Positions 30,735 through 46,519 are shown, numbered from the stretch's first letter. The stretch is 64,000 bases of DNA from the human T2T-CHM13v2.0 reference genome, Homo sapiens (GCF_009914755.1 NC_060931.1), one strand, 5' to 3'. Made by a program: numbers and translations. Notes: a model not told the origin generated them from the letters alone.

Positions 30735-31243
30735 TTGTAAATTATTTTGGCAATGTGGCTTTCCACTTTGAATCATTCAAGCTTCAAACTGTCCAGTAAA
30801 ACTATCCTTTTATCTATATTTCAAAACTAGAATTAATTTTAACTATAGCTGTTAGTTGTTTCCAGAATCACTGACGATGATTATAATATTAATGATAGTA
30901 CATTATTGATAGTCTTAATGCTGGGATATGGATTATTTCTGAGAAATGATTAGGTCTGAGAAATGCTTTATTTCTTAGTTTTGGGGGTATTTCATCTTTC
31001 TGACATGGTTTTCCCATGTATGGAGATCTTGGGGCCCACCTGAAGGAGTTTTTTGAAGTGTTGACTGTGACACTATGGGCTTCATGTTTACTTTGGGATC
31101 TGGTGGGAAGTTCAAGTGCTATTAATTTTTCCTTGGTCTGTTTTATGCTTTGTAATGGCTTTCTGTGTGTTTTTTGGGAGTTAAGACTAGAACCTTGGAA
31201 AAGAGAGAGCCAGAGTTTTCTCCCTATATTTCTATTTTAAAAC

Positions 31244-31530
31244 TTTTTTTTTTTTAGACATGTTCTCGCTCTGTTGCCCAGGCTGGAGTACAGTGGCGCA
31301 GTCATGGCTCACTGCAGCCTCGACCTCCTGGGCTGAAGTGATCTTCTCACCTCAGCCTCCTGAGTAGCTGGGACCACAGGCGCGTCTCACCACGCCTGGC
31401 TAATTTATTATTTGTAGAGACGGAGTCTTCCTATGTTGCTTAGGCTGGTCTTGACCTCCTGGGCTTAAGCGATCCTCCCATCTTGGCCTCTCAAAAGTGC
31501 TGGGATTATAGGCATGAGCCACTGCGCAGC
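31244..31530 (-). mobile_element. Alu (AluJ-like)
   Basis: Poly-T plus reverse Alu. Confidence 0.93.
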
Positions 31531-33091
31531 ATTTTATTTCTTATGTATTGTTATTCTCTCTGTATTCTCTGCCTAAATGTAACCCCTGCACTCTTTCTGT
31601 ATATATCCTTCTGGGGATATTTGAGGCTTTCAGAACTGTTTCTTTCTTCACTCAGTAATCTATGCATAGTAGGTACTCAGTCATTGCTTATTTACAGTTG
31701 ACAACAATTCCATGAAAAGAAATTTTTGAAGAGGGAGCTGCTATTTACTATTCGCCTTGTGCCAGGCATTGTGCTAGCAATTTTGCATTCGTTATCCCAT
31801 TGACGCACCCCATGAAAAAAAGAATAATAATCTCTGTTTGATAGTTGAAGAAACTGAAGCACAGAGCCGTTAAATCAACTTGGCCAGGATCAGTATAAGA
31901 GAGGCAAGAAATGTAGCAGTTTTTGCCTGACTTGAAAGCTTGGGCTCCTTATCCCTTTACTCATTTTCATACAGATGCATTTTGTGAAAGATGGCCACAT
32001 GGTCTCTAGTAGACCACATTTGTTCATTGTTGTGCTGAAAATTGTTACAAAGGATTTTCTAGGTATAATAATAGGATTTAGGGAGGGGAGAGTACTTATT
32101 GTCCAGGTCTTTATTTCCTTTGAAAAGTTGGAGCTTACAGTTAGGTTGCTGCCACTCATACAATATATCTGTAACATATTCGTTGTTGTTTTTTCTCTGT
32201 TTCACTGTTTCTCCCTGTTATAAAATCTGACCTTTTCCCGGGTTATACTACTCAGGTAGATTTTAAACCATTGTCAAAGGCAAGGATTCAGGCTGATGAT
32301 ATAGAGGGTTATTGTATGTCAGTGTCTGTTCTAAACCCTTGCACTCATTTATCTCACTGAATTCTAAAAGTAGCTCTCTGGAACACAAATGTAAAATTGG
32401 AATGAGGACTAGCATGCCCTCACAGATTACTGTGCATATAAGCTTATATTCTGCTATAGATTCTGAAGTATTTTGTCTTGTCTGCTTTTAAACTGTTCTA
32501 GGAAGCAGCACTTGTCTTGAGAATCTATTTCACAATAAAAGAGACCTTGTTTTGAGGGCTAGGTGTATTTTTTTAAAATCTATTAGGAACTCTATTCTTT
32601 CTGGTAAAAGACCACACTAAATAGCTCTTTTTGCTTTTCTTGATATCTGTATCTTGAAGATACCAGGTGACAAATAGTCCATTGATTTCCTCTGTCATTG
32701 TTTCCTTTCATTATTCTAAGCAGATTTGCAAATTGTTCTCTCCCATTTCCCATTCCACCCTGTTAAGGTTTGTTTATGCTACAAAGAGTATGCTAATGAA
32801 TATAACTGTTAGATTTACTTCTTAAGGAAATCCCAACTGCATTTAGAGTACTGTACATTTTTGAGAAGGCTCCTCCTCATTTCCCCTCGGCTAAGATGGG
32901 CCTCCTCACAGGTCATTCTCTGGGACTTCACGATTCAGAACTGGTCCATTACCATTCATTTACAAGGAATGGGGGTTAGTATAAAGATACACACACAGAA
33001 TACCCTCACTGGGCCTGAATTTTCTAAAGATTTCTAGATGAATATGAAGATCAGTCAAGTTACACACTTCTCTCAAGAGTCACTCTCCGTC

Positions 33092-33092
<1 letters not shown>

Positions 33093-33143
<51 letters not shown>

Positions 33144-33560
33144 TTTTTAAGAGATGGGATCTCACTCTGTTTCCCAGGCTGGAGTGCAGCAGTAATCATA
33201 GCTCACTGCATCCTGAAACTCCTGGCCTCAAGCGATCCTCCTGCTGCAGCCTCCTGAGGACCTGTTGGTGTGTGTCACCATGCCTGGCTAATTTTTTAAT
33301 TTTTTTTTGTAGAGACAGGGTCTTGCTGTGTTGCCCAGGCATTCTCAAACTCCTGGGCTCAAGTGATCCTCCTGCCTCAGCCTCCCAGGTAGCTGGGACT
33401 GCAGGTGTGAACCACTACCCCTGCTAATTTTTTTTGGAGGGGTAGAAATGGGGTCTTGCAATGTTACCCAGGCTGATCTAGAACTCCTGGTCTCAAGTGC
33501 TTCTCCTGCCTTCACCTCCCAGAATGCTGGGATTACAGGTGTGAGCCACTGCGCCCATCT
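33093..33560 (-). mobile_element. Three-monomer Alu (AluJ-like) with (TTTC)n tail
   Basis: Three consecutive Alu arms separated by T-rich linkers. Confidence 0.85.
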
Positions 33561-34061
33561 GAGTGTCCGTATGAAGAGAGGTGGCAGTTTCTTCTTGGAA
33601 TCACCATGCTCTGAGACACACAGTCTTGCCTTTCTCTCTCCAACTGTCTCAATAAACACAATTGCCCCTTTGTATGTCCCGAATGGAAATACCATACTAG
33701 AATTCTATTTTACAGATTGTAATTGTTGGGGAGACCCAAGTCAAAACATGTTCTTTGAAATTTAAATATAACTGTAAAAGGAACCACAAAGTCTAGGGCT
33801 TTAAAGGTGATCTTTTATGCTTTGATTTTATGTATTTGTAAAATACAAGTTCTATATTGACTCTAGGGCCTGTCTCAGATTGTAAACCCTTAGATAGTAA
33901 CTGTGTCTTTTTAACTGTTCCTTGTATCCTTCCTTGCCCCTCTGGTGGTCTATAATACCCCTGTTGTGATGATTTTGATTAAAGAAACATAGTGTGAAGA
34001 TGGGCTGTCAGGGATGGGTGTCAGTTTCACTTCAGGGTAGTGGGTGCCATCTATTTTCTGA

Positions 34062-34398
<337 letters not shown>

Positions 34399-35689
34399 TA
34401 GATTTCTACATCTGCTGCCCATATTTCAGCTGTACTCTTATTTTGTTTAGTATGGTGTACCTGGGATTAGGGACAGACAAATATGTATGCTCAGCCTGAT
34501 TTGGAAATTACATTGTTGAAATACAGCCCATATGGCCATTGTAAAATGGTTAGTGCTGCATATAATTGCCTTTCCAATGATGTGCTTTGTCATTACTTCC
34601 ATCTTCCAAGAAGCACTCCTGTAGCATGCTGACAGCAATAGCATCATTAGAAAACATATGGACATGCAAAGGCATTAAATCGTCTTTAGTTTAAGGATTA
34701 GATTACAGTGTTAGAGGATAGGTCACCAGGCTTGCAATCGATGACTCTTGCTTAGTTCAGCACTGCTAGACTGGATGATAGAGATTTGCAAAAGTCCTAT
34801 TTACTTGTCTGCTGAGTGTATTTCATATCTTCCCTGCAATTGTGAGAAGGTCCTTTAGCTGTGTATAAGCCTCTATCACAGTATTGCAGCCAGTTGGCTT
34901 CTCAGGAGTGTTTTTTTCAACTATTCATGTCCTGTGCAGAATTCTTTTCTAGGATGCTCCCTCAACCTCTGTTTTTCTGAATGTGAGCCCAAAGCAGGCT
35001 AAGCCAGGAATTATTTTATTTGGGGGTCATTTAGATATAAAAAGAGACTAAGTGGTGGAGTCAAGAAAGTACCAGGTGGCTGCCATGTTGCCCAAATATT
35101 TCCTCCCTTGTACAGCATCTATCTCCACATGGGTCTCAAGTCCACCTCCCTTCTTCCTTTCCCCTCTTAGAAGCAATGGGATTATTGCAGCCTAGAGGCT
35201 CAGTGGTAGGTCCTAGAGGCCGAGGGACCATGTGATAGAGCCTGGAAAGAGACCACCCCCTGAATCCTGCCCTTTGTAGTTGGATGTTTTTTCCCCCCAC
35301 AACTAGATAGGTTTACTATCTGGCTGTAAATATTCTAGGGATGCAACAGTTGTGGGACATGGTATGATTTGAATTTTCAGGGTCCTTTTTGTAGTTGCCA
35401 GTGAATAGTAAGTGAAATCGCAGAATGGAACATCATTCATCAAATTTAATATTTCTTCTTTGGAGTTTAACAGAAATAATGTGGATTTGGGGACTTTCAG
35501 AGTGATAAGGGACTTTGGAGATCCTCATGGGCAGTGGTTTTGGGTACCTCAGGGTACGCTGAGTCATTTGAGGGGAGATCCTGACTTTATTAAATCAGAA
35601 CTCCACCTTTACCTGTCTTCTATATTTATACTTATGTATTAGGATTACATTCTCTTTGAGAAGAAAAAAGTGTCTGGATTTGTTTATTC

Positions 35690-36330
35690 TTTCATTCAAA
35701 AAAAATTTATTGACAGCTTCTGTGTGCTAGGCAGGCAGTACTCCAGGCACAGGAAGTACCATAGTAAATTAGAAAAAATAGATATCTATTTTAATGGAGT
35801 TTATATTCTAACAAAGGATGGGGGGACATACTGTAAATAAACAAATATATAATATGTTGGGAGGTGACAGGGGATTTTATAAAGCAGGGTAAAGCAAGAG
35901 TGAGAACTTAGCACAGCAGGTCCTCAAATAACATTGATTCTTTTCATTATAATGTTGATGAGAAAAAAAATTGATTCCTGGCCAGGGCAACTGTGTGGAG
36001 TTTGCACCATCTCCTCATGTATGGTAAAATTGCTTTCATTATGCATCGTGTCACGTATTTAACTGAGGACTCACTTGTATGTGTATGCTTACGTGATGCT
36101 TTATCCAGGGTGGGTTAGATAAGGCTCCTCTGAGGAGGTGATATTTGAGCAGAAACTTGAAGGAAGCGAGGGAGCAAGAAATACAGATAACCCGGAGGAG
36201 AGCTTTCAAGGAAAGGGGAGAACAAGTGTAAAGGCTTTGAGGAAGAAGGAGTGGCATGGTATGTGAGCAACACAGGAGATGTTGGCGGCTGGAACAAAGC
36301 CATTGAGGAGGGGACAGAGAGTGGGGAGGG
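35690..36330. mobile_element. L2 fragment interrupted by a MER6-like (Tigger) DNA element at ~35914-36077
   Basis: L2 3'-type TTCATTCAAA...TTTATTGA and GAGGAGGTGATATTTGAGCAGA; MER6 start CAGCAGGTCCTCAAATAAC...GTTGATGAGAAAAAAAATTGATTCC. Confidence 0.7.
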
Positions 36331-36714
36331 GCCTGCAGTCACTTTAACTGAGTGACGCCAGAAGCTTAGAAACAGCAGAAAGCAACTGTCCAAAGCCCTC
36401 ATTTCCCAACTGAAAGTGTTTTTGAATTTCCCCAAGGTCACCCAGCTGATGTATAAACAAGAGCACATCTGGAGCTCACGTTATATTCTTTTAAAGTAGC
36501 TTCTCATTGTACCTTGTGCCACCACTCCAGGTCTTAGGAGACATGGGGCATCTTTTTGGAGACAAGATTTGTGTCTCCTTTCCTGTTAGTGGGTATGGCT
36601 CCTCCAAGAGATGTGCTTCAAGACTCTACAGAATTCCAGTGCCCAGTCATCACAAAGTGGGAAACGGCTTTGCCAGTGCCAGAATCACCACCATTTGGGG
36701 AATTATTTTAACCA

Positions 36715-36945
36715 CAATGGCTCATGTTTATCACAGGCTTACTGCTTGTGATGTTTGTTGTACCCAGAGCTTTACATGCATTAACACATCTAACCCTCAC
36801 AACAACTCTGTATAATAGGTCACATTATCATTATTTTAGAGATGAGGAAATTGAGGTGCAGAGAAGTTAAGTAATTTCTGTATGGTCATGCAGATAGAGT
36901 TGTAGAGTTGGGATTTGAATTTAGACTATTTGCTTCAGGGCCTGC
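36715..36945 (-). mobile_element. MIR
   Basis: ATTTTAGAGATGAGGAAATTGAGG...GTTAAGTAA core. Confidence 0.8.
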
Positions 36946-37634
36946 ACTGAGCCTCTGACAAAGAGGAGGGGGATGAGCTTGTCTCTAGATAAACTAATTG
37001 GAATATGCTCCCCTCGCCTCCATTTTAAGATGGTTCTAGGTAGGGCCTAGCCTTGGGAGTAATACCAACTTGTCACAACCCACTTCTGTGACTCCAGGTG
37101 TTAGTTTGTGTAGAGGATTTCACAGCCAGTCTGGCTCAGTACTGGCAACTTTGCTGATTTTAGGTGGATTCCTGATTCAGCAGGTACCTTTGGTCTTTCT
37201 GAGCTGAGTTTGACTGGAGCGTTTTTCAAGACCTGCATGAGAGTGTGTTACGGAATACAGGCCAGTGTTTTCAAGTCAGCGGACCCAGTTTTAGCTGGTC
37301 TGTCTTTTTTAGCCCCAGTGAAGTAAAAGCCCCAGACACCACCAGTGCCCATAATCCATAGGAATGTAAAATCATCTTTTTAGTACTGGTGCTTTTGAGG
37401 ACCAGTACACTATGTGCTTGCTTTAAATTTGTCTAAAAATGTATGCATATGTAGATATGTGTATATATGACTATGAAATATTTTCTAGGTATGGAAAAGT
37501 ATAAAGCATAACATAGCCAACACCCATGTACCCACCACCAACTTTAAAAAACCTTATGACTTTACTGTAATTTTCTTAAAATTGTAGGTTATTTTTAGTG
37601 AGCAGGAACCACAGTCAACCGTAAGTTTTAGAGT

Positions 37635-37810
37635 CCAGGAGGCTCAAACCTGGCCACACATTAGAATACCCTGGGGATACCCTGGGGAGCTTTAAAAAAG
37701 TCCTTGTACCTCTGGGAGGGTGCAGGAAGCCCCCACCTCTATCATCAGAATTTTAAAAAGCTCCCCAAGGCGAGGATTCTATCATGCAGTCAGGGTAAGA
37801 GACCTGCTGT
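37635..37810. mobile_element. MER5-like hAT MITE
   Basis: CTCAAACCTGGC...ATTAGAAT...GGGGAGCTTT / AAAGCTCCCCA inverted structure. Confidence 0.65.
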
Positions 37811-39859
37811 TTGGAGGGTTGTGTTTGGTTTTTCTTCACTGGGTTCTCAGATGCCTGGTACCAAGCCATGTGTGGTACTCCTGGACTTTATATTTCATTT
37901 TCTTAAAGCATTTTTTAATGTGGTTCTACTTTCAAGATTCTGGAGGGTAATGTCCTGGGGAGTTCCTCTCCTTAGACTCTTCCCTCTTCAGCACCTTATG
38001 AGGCAAGCTGCGGATATATTTACATATTCATTACAAAGCATAAGCATCAGGAACTTAGAGAGTAGGAGTGAGGCATTAGAGAGGGGACTAAGAAATTCAG
38101 AAGTATTGGGAGCTACTGTCTGTTGAAAGTGTTTGAGATGAGTGAAAGTTATAGCATTACCTTGGAAGTCAGGGGGATGCAGGGTTACATTTAGAAAACC
38201 TGGAGTCACACATACCTTCACAGGAAGGCTCTGAGCTGTGGGATGGTAGTTGAGGGCCTTTTTGGTCTACATCACAGGTTTATCAGTGAAATATGTGGTA
38301 AGATGTACAAATAAGATGTGCCCCACCACCAGAATGATCAGTTCTGTGTGGACACGTCCGTGACTGTACCCTCTTTCAGAAGTGCTATCAATTATGTGTT
38401 ATGTGTGGCCTGATTATCCTCTGTGGGCCTTGGCTCCATGCAGCACCTCCATCCCCGTCTGCCCACTCATTCATTCAACAAATAGTTGCTGAGTTTCTCT
38501 TCTCTATGCCAGGTTCTGTTCTAGGCACTTGGGATAAAAACAGTGAACTAAACAAAGCTTCTGCCCTCAAGGAATGACATTCTGGGGATGTGGGGGAGAG
38601 GTGGGTGAGTGGGTGGTGTTACATTCTGGTGTCGCATTGTTTTTTGATGTGTCTAACACAGAAAAAGATGTGTAACTGTAATCCTCCTTTAGAAAGCTCT
38701 AGGGGAGCCATTTGGCAGGTAGGGAAGTGTTTTGCCTAATTTGGCTTAAATTATGATTTTTTGATTCTGAGGATTTTGATTACAAATGCCTTCATGAATC
38801 TACTTCTTCAAGAGAAATTAAGTGCTGAGACATTAAAGCTTCCAGGGACCTTTTGAATTGGTTGGATTTTATTAGCAGCTTAAAATGAGCATGACATACA
38901 GTAAGGTTCAAGCTTAGGGGAGATGCTGAAGAAATAAGGATACTTGATTTTCTTTCCACTTGAAGTGGAATCCACTAATCCATCTGTGCTCATAAATTTG
39001 AGAGAAGGAGGGCGGAAAACGAAAGTTTATTTCTAGGGCTCTCTACTGGGCAAGGCTATCAGGTTACCTTCATTGAAAAGACTTAATCAGAAGTGAAACT
39101 TAAATCTGTTACAGTCTTCCACAGCTGTCCAGGGAATTGGGCACTGATGAATACCGTCAGATGGACCCCTGAATAGAGGGAATGCCTTAGAGGTCATGTT
39201 TGGAGTTAGTCAATAAAATGGATCTCGAGAAGAAAATAGAAAGTTTGAGGGAAAAAAATTACTGGAAAAGAAATCTTAAAGCTTTTGGGTTAGATGTTAG
39301 ATGGATGACGAAAACAGTGGGTGATATGATTTCCTTTCTGGATTACCATCTTCATCAGATATTGTTGTCGACTACAGAAAAAATATTCCCAGCACGTAAG
39401 GACTCTTTATACCTGTGAGCTCTTAAAAAGAATCATCTAAAATACTAAAAAAGCAAGAATATGTTGTTTCACTAGCTTTTGATTCCTAAAGTAGATTTTG
39501 ACTTCCGGGTGTGGGAAGGTGGGTGGAAAATGAGTTTTTGTTAATATTCAAAGGCATGAAAACATTTTTACCAGTTTATGTTTTCCTGGTGCATTTAGAA
39601 ATCTGTGGATCCTTGGGGATGGTGTATGCAGGCAAATAGAGAATCCAGTACTTGTGAATCTGCCTGAATCCACAGGTTTGGGAATAAGGGCAGGGACTTG
39701 AGGGTTCACAGATGTGAAGGTTGTACACAGAACTCATGCAGAGAGATACAAGATCTTTTTGTTCCCCCTTTGATTAGAAAGAATAGGACATGAAAGTACT
39801 TAATTGTCAACTTCGTCTTCACCATAAGCCCAGTATTGATGCAAAAATGATAATAATAA

Positions 39860-40070
39860 TGAGAACAAGCATTTATTGAGTATTGGGTATTCTAATTGCT
39901 TAAATCAACTCATGTAATTCTCACAGAGTGGTTCTATGAGGTTGGTGCCGTTTTGATTCCTGTTTTAAAGGAGAGGAAACAGGCACATAGAGTTTACACC
40001 CAAGGACGAGTGTGTCAGTGGTGGAGCCTATACATTCTGGCTCCAGAACCCGACTTGAACCACTACATAA
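39860..40070 (-). mobile_element. MIR
   Basis: ATTTATTGAGT...CTCAC...GAGGAAACAGGCAC motifs. Confidence 0.65.
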
Positions 40071-41649
40071 GGGAACTAAATAAATGCTTCTTAAGAGTTT
40101 TATTCTGATGTTGCTTTTACTGGGACTTTCACTCTTTTTTCTACCCAACCCACCCCACCCCTACCCCACTCGCCTCCACTTTATCTTTGGATGTCTTCAG
40201 AATCTATAATATATCTTAAGCTTGCACCTTATTACAGATGAGAAAATAGAGAGCTATAAAATTATGTTATATAATTGTTCTGTATGACCTAGTGAATCTT
40301 TGGTAGAACAGGGATGTGGAACCCAGGTTTTCTAATATTTAGGTCACTGCTTTTTCTCACTGCACTGTATGGCTTCCATTAAAAATATTTTAAACTAACT
40401 GAACTAAAAATTTATAAACTTAATTTGTGTCACTCATACTTCTGTGGATGAACTACATTAAAATAACTAGGTGCTGTGAGATTTTGCTCTAGGGAGGAGG
40501 GTGGTAGACATTTTAGGAGCTAACATTTGCCTCTGGGGTTATTTGACCTCCTCCTGAGGATGTCTTTCTAATCTTTGGTAGGCGTACTTAAAAGTGAGGA
40601 GAAAGTATTTGAGGAAATACAAGAGCCATTCGCAGACTTTAGTATGATCTGTGGGTTTATGGAAGGGCTTTTTTTTTTCTTTCTTTCTTCATTTAGGCCT
40701 TTTTTACTTTAACCTCCAGTGGGGACACAACTAACTTAAATCTTAAAAACAAATAAACAAACAAAAACCCTAAATACAAGCCTTCTTTCGCTATTGTTTG
40801 GCAAATAAGATTTCACAAGAGGGTAGAAAGAACTGCCTTGATTCTTGGTGTTTTAGACTTTCCTATAGTCTAGTTTTTTGTTTTTGTTTGTTTTTTCTTT
40901 TGGTCCTGTGATTCCTTTTGTTGTTACCTGTTTCCTTGGCTAATGCTTTGTTTAAAAACAAGTGCTCTGGTATTCCAAAACAAATTTCCAGCAGGCTTCC
41001 CGATTGTGTTCTCAGATAAAAGACCCCAGGGTAGTGCTTTAACTTGAATTTTGGTTGCCTATGCATGCCTGAGAGCAAAATTCAGTTTACTAGGTGGCTT
41101 CCAACCCAGATTAATATGGTTATATCTAAAACGAGGGAATATACATTTGAAACAGGAAATGTGGATTGGATTTACCCTTTCAAAGAGCCCTAATGTGAAT
41201 GTAATGAGTAGAGTTTTGTCTGGGGTTAGATACTGTGGGCTCCAGTTTGTTTTTGAGTTTTTAGCTGAATGAATGACTTTAGTCCTGTCATTAAACCTCT
41301 GGAAATTTAAACTTTCAACAATGTAATAATGATAATGAAAATAGGGAAAGGCTCCTAGACTGTGCTGTGGAAAAACACATGTTCAGATTTTACTGAAGAC
41401 CCAGAATCCCATGTGGCCACAGATAATTTGATTTCACAGTTTCTATTTCTAGATATACAGGATGGGGTTGCCAGCAGAAGTTACATAGTGATAATAACAT
41501 ATCAGCTTCCTTTTTAGGGAAGATATTGTAATTGTGAGAAAAATATTCAGAAAAGCCTTGGCCAAATATTGTTTGTAGTTGGTAAGAGAATACTCAGTTA
41601 TTAAAGCTTCTGCGAACCTTTTCCAAATAATTACACTTTTTCCCTAAAG

Positions 41650-42348
<699 letters not shown>

Positions 42349-44353
42349 TAACATCAAGTTCCAGTATAGAAGTTTCAGAAACACTATTTCTTAAAATATT
42401 TTTGAGTGTTTTCCTGGGGCAGTGGTAATGGTGATGGTTTACAATAATTTATTTCTATGCTATGTAACTTTTCTGAAAAGAAAACATTCCTGTGTATTTG
42501 GTTTTAAAACCTTATTTACTGTAAAATAGAACACATCCTGGAAAAAGTGTAGTGTACAGCTCAATGAATGATCCAATGAATGATCACAAAGTGAATACCC
42601 AGGTAACCAGTACTCAGGTAAAGAAATAGAACATTGCCCCCTCCCCACAAAAAATGATTTTTATTAGATTCCTCAAATTTTCTTTTCTATTCCTCCTCAA
42701 ATCCCAAGAAATTAGAGATATAAGTAAAGGTTGATGAAACAATATAATAAGGTGTAAGTGAAAAAAGCATTGTCTTTTGGTAGGTGGTGTTTCTTAATTA
42801 CTCTTTTCAGTAAGTTTTTGGTGATGTTAAGTTTGTGTTGTTTATCTATGTTTTGATTCAGCCTTAAGCCAGTTCTTGACAGTGACTGTCTATTAATGCT
42901 CACAGCTGATATTAAGATTACGTTCTAAGATCTATCTTTTCTGCAATCTGTTTCACTGAAAATATTCTCATGATAGTTTTGAAAATGCGTAAGGACAGAT
43001 TATCTTCTGACTCTAATAAACAAGTGAGTCTTGTCATTACTGTCCAGGTAACTTAGGAAACCTGTCTCAGTAGCCAGGTATCTTTATCTGGTACATGATA
43101 AAATGTGGTTTCTTAGTTTTTTTTAAAAAAAGTTCCTTCCTCCTCTCTATCCACCCAGAATAATCTCTCCTCCATTCCAACCCAATCAGAACATTTAAAG
43201 CCCTGATGGTTTTTCTTTTTTCCACTGAAGAATCATTCAATTCTTAGTGAGAGAAGGTCTAGCTGTATTAAATAGCAAGCTTGCCCATTTTCTTTGGAAA
43301 GGGATGCTCATGGTAAAAGGACCTCAAGCAAACCCTGCACTTAAGCTGTGTGCAAGTGGAGGGAGAGAGCTGTCTGCAGCCACCTGCCAGCAGCTACACA
43401 TCTGTGCTCTGCTAGCAAGCATGTGGGCTCTGTGGATGTGAGAGCTGCTCCCTTTCCCCTCTCTGCCTCATGCTCCCCCATCTTAGTGATCGCCACTATC
43501 AACTAAACAGGTGACAAGACTCCAATCACCCTGCTCTGAATGGCTCTCCATCTTCCCAAAAGTATACCAGAGGCCTGTTTTGTTTCAGTACATTGATTAA
43601 ATAAATATTCCTGTGTGCACAAAGGAACTGAAATCTGTTATGGCACTCTGCAGTTATCTGTCCATTAATAGTGGAGAAACTACTGCCAGTTTTCTCCCCT
43701 CGGTGCCCCCGCCCCCCACCCCCTTTCTTGTCACTACCACGCAGATTCTCAAAGGTGCCAGTAACAGATAAATTATCTGACCTCTGCTTTCAGGCTTGTG
43801 TGAAGCGGGAGGAGTGGTGTCATGCTCTTTGGTGAGGCATGCCGTTGGGGCAGTGCCCAAGTGTATGGATAATAGGAGAGCCCGAATGATTTAGATTAGA
43901 AGATGCTTTCTTGCTTTGGGGTTGTGGGACCTTTGTCTCTCCCCTTCAATTCTTAGCAGAAGCGGACTCAGAAAGGTCTTTCAAATTAGCTTGCCTCTCT
44001 TTTATAGGAAAAGGGTGCTTCTGGCCCTGAAGTAGTTCTGTGTGTCTACTGTCAGATGTGGAAGCCACAAAGTGCCTGTGAAACTTGGTCCCTTGCGTTT
44101 ATTTACAAGTTTCTTTCAAATGGCAGTGGCAGGAAGGATCTTTACCATTTGGGCAGATAGCCCTAGTGGTTGATGGGAGGGCTTGGTGGAAGGGCAGGCT
44201 TTGTGAAAGATCCAAGTGTGGAATGGTAGGAATTCTAGCCATGGTGGTGCTGACTGGTTTCCTTTCTTTTTTGGCGGGGCAGGGGCTGGGGTGGAGTGTT
44301 GGTTAAAAGAACACCTAGATAAAAAACATGACGGATTTCGAAAGTGTTATTTG

Positions 44354-44690
44354 GGCTGCGCACGGTGGCTCATACCTGTAATCCCAATACTTTGGGAGGC
44401 TGAGGCTGGAGGATCCCTTGAGTCCAGGGGTTTGAGACCAGCCTGGGAAAAACAGTGAGACCCTGTTCTATAAAAAATTTAAAAATTAGCTGGATGTGGT
44501 GGCTTACAATGGTAGTCCTGTCTACTCGGGAGGCTGAGGCAGTAGGATCACCTGAGCCCAGGAGATTGAAGCTGCAGTAAGCTGGGATTGCCCACTGTAC
44601 TCCAACCCGGGTGCCAGAGTGGGGCTCTGTCTCAAAGAAGAAAAGAAAAGAAAAAGACAGGGAAGGGAAAGGGAAGGAGAAGAAAGAATG
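44354..44690 (+). mobile_element. Alu (AluJ-like)
   Basis: Full dimer with a purine-rich tail. Confidence 0.93.
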
Positions 44691-45987
44691 ACAATGGAAC
44701 ATAGGAAATTAGGGTTGTAGAGAAGACTCTATGAACATTATTGTGGTGTGAAGGAATGGCATGCAGAGATAAGTGTGATGGAAGGGAGGTGTTGAAATGT
44801 TTACAGCTCCTAACATCTACCACCAAGGAGGGGGCACCCCTTTGACAGAAACGAGAGGGTGTTCCTGAGTAGTTGTGACATTAAAAAAAATTGCAGGGAA
44901 CCTTGTAGCTGCATGGATGGCAGAGACACATAAGTAGGGAAAAATGTTGGAATAGGTAAAGTGAAATCTCTTAGTGTGTGTGTCTTCCAACTGACTGTGG
45001 GTAATTAGTTGGAAATGACATTAACCTGAGCTTAATTGTAATTTTGCATAGTAACAACATACCAGCTGTTCACTGTATTCTTTCCTGGAGGTGCGATTTA
45101 ATTATTATTATTTTTTTTTGCTATCTTTTAAGCTCCAATTTTCTGTTATGTTTTACTTAAACCCCGCCTGGTTGCCGTGTCCACAGTCCCCACAGTTTAG
45201 CAGTAATGTCATTTTTGTTGCTTTCATGCCCACTGTGTGCTGAGGGCTTGGGATGCTCTTGATTTTGCTAATGACTTGGATTTATAAAGGGCCACATTGG
45301 AAGGTCACTGAGAAGCATGGGTGATTGGAAACCTTGTGTTTTGGGCTCTTCCACAAGGTTTTAGTTTATTATATAAATCATATGCATAATTCTAGGCCTA
45401 TCAGAGGTGCTCAAAGTATCAAGTGAACAAGCTGAAAGAGAAGTTAATTACTGAACAGTGATTGTTCTGATATAACCAATTATTGGATCATTAAATGTTT
45501 ATTACCTTTTATATGCTCCTTTCCCCCATAAGGGCAGTTTCTTTTTTAAGTCATTAAAACAGAAATGGGATCTTAAAAAAATTCTGCTTAAAAAATTTCC
45601 ACGAGACTGAAGTATTAAAAAGGTCTTGTGTGATCTGACAGCTAAATAGCCTGTTTTTCTTTGGTCTGTTGAATTAGTAATTAATGAAATGTATTGCCTG
45701 AGCAGAGAAAATAAGATTAGTTTTGTTTAGGAAGAAAACAAAAGCAAAACATTAACCCCCAAATGCAGGTTAATATTAAAGTGCAGTATAAGAAATAGAA
45801 ATAAAACAGTCTTCTTGAATGATAAGATGCCTAATGGTAACATTTGTTTCATTCATTCATTCGTCACTTTCTTGAGCACCAACATTATGTTTAGAAGGAA
45901 TGGGTTTATGTAAATACAGAGGAGGCAAGGTGCCCTGTCCCCAAAGACACATGGGTTAGCAGAGCAGTTAAACCAGACACTTTAGGC

Positions 45988-46312
<325 letters not shown>

Positions 46313-46519
46313 TCAGACACTTTAGTAGCTACTGTTGCAATGTAGAAAGTGGTAGGATAATAGGTACAGGGGCATTTCTTTGGGGAGGAGTGGTTATGAA
46401 GACAGGTTACTTCTGGAGGCTGAGGCATCCTGTGGATTAAGAGTAGGGGAGAGCATGGTTATGAAGATGAATCTTGCTTTTTGAGGTCACGGTGTCCTGT
46501 GGATTGAGTAGAAGCCCCA

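Noticed and set aside
38278-38305. Possible microexon (CACAG acceptor, TG|GTAAGA donor ~22 nt later)
   Set aside because: Weak pyrimidine tract, frame-shifting length, and such pairs are frequent by chance in long introns.
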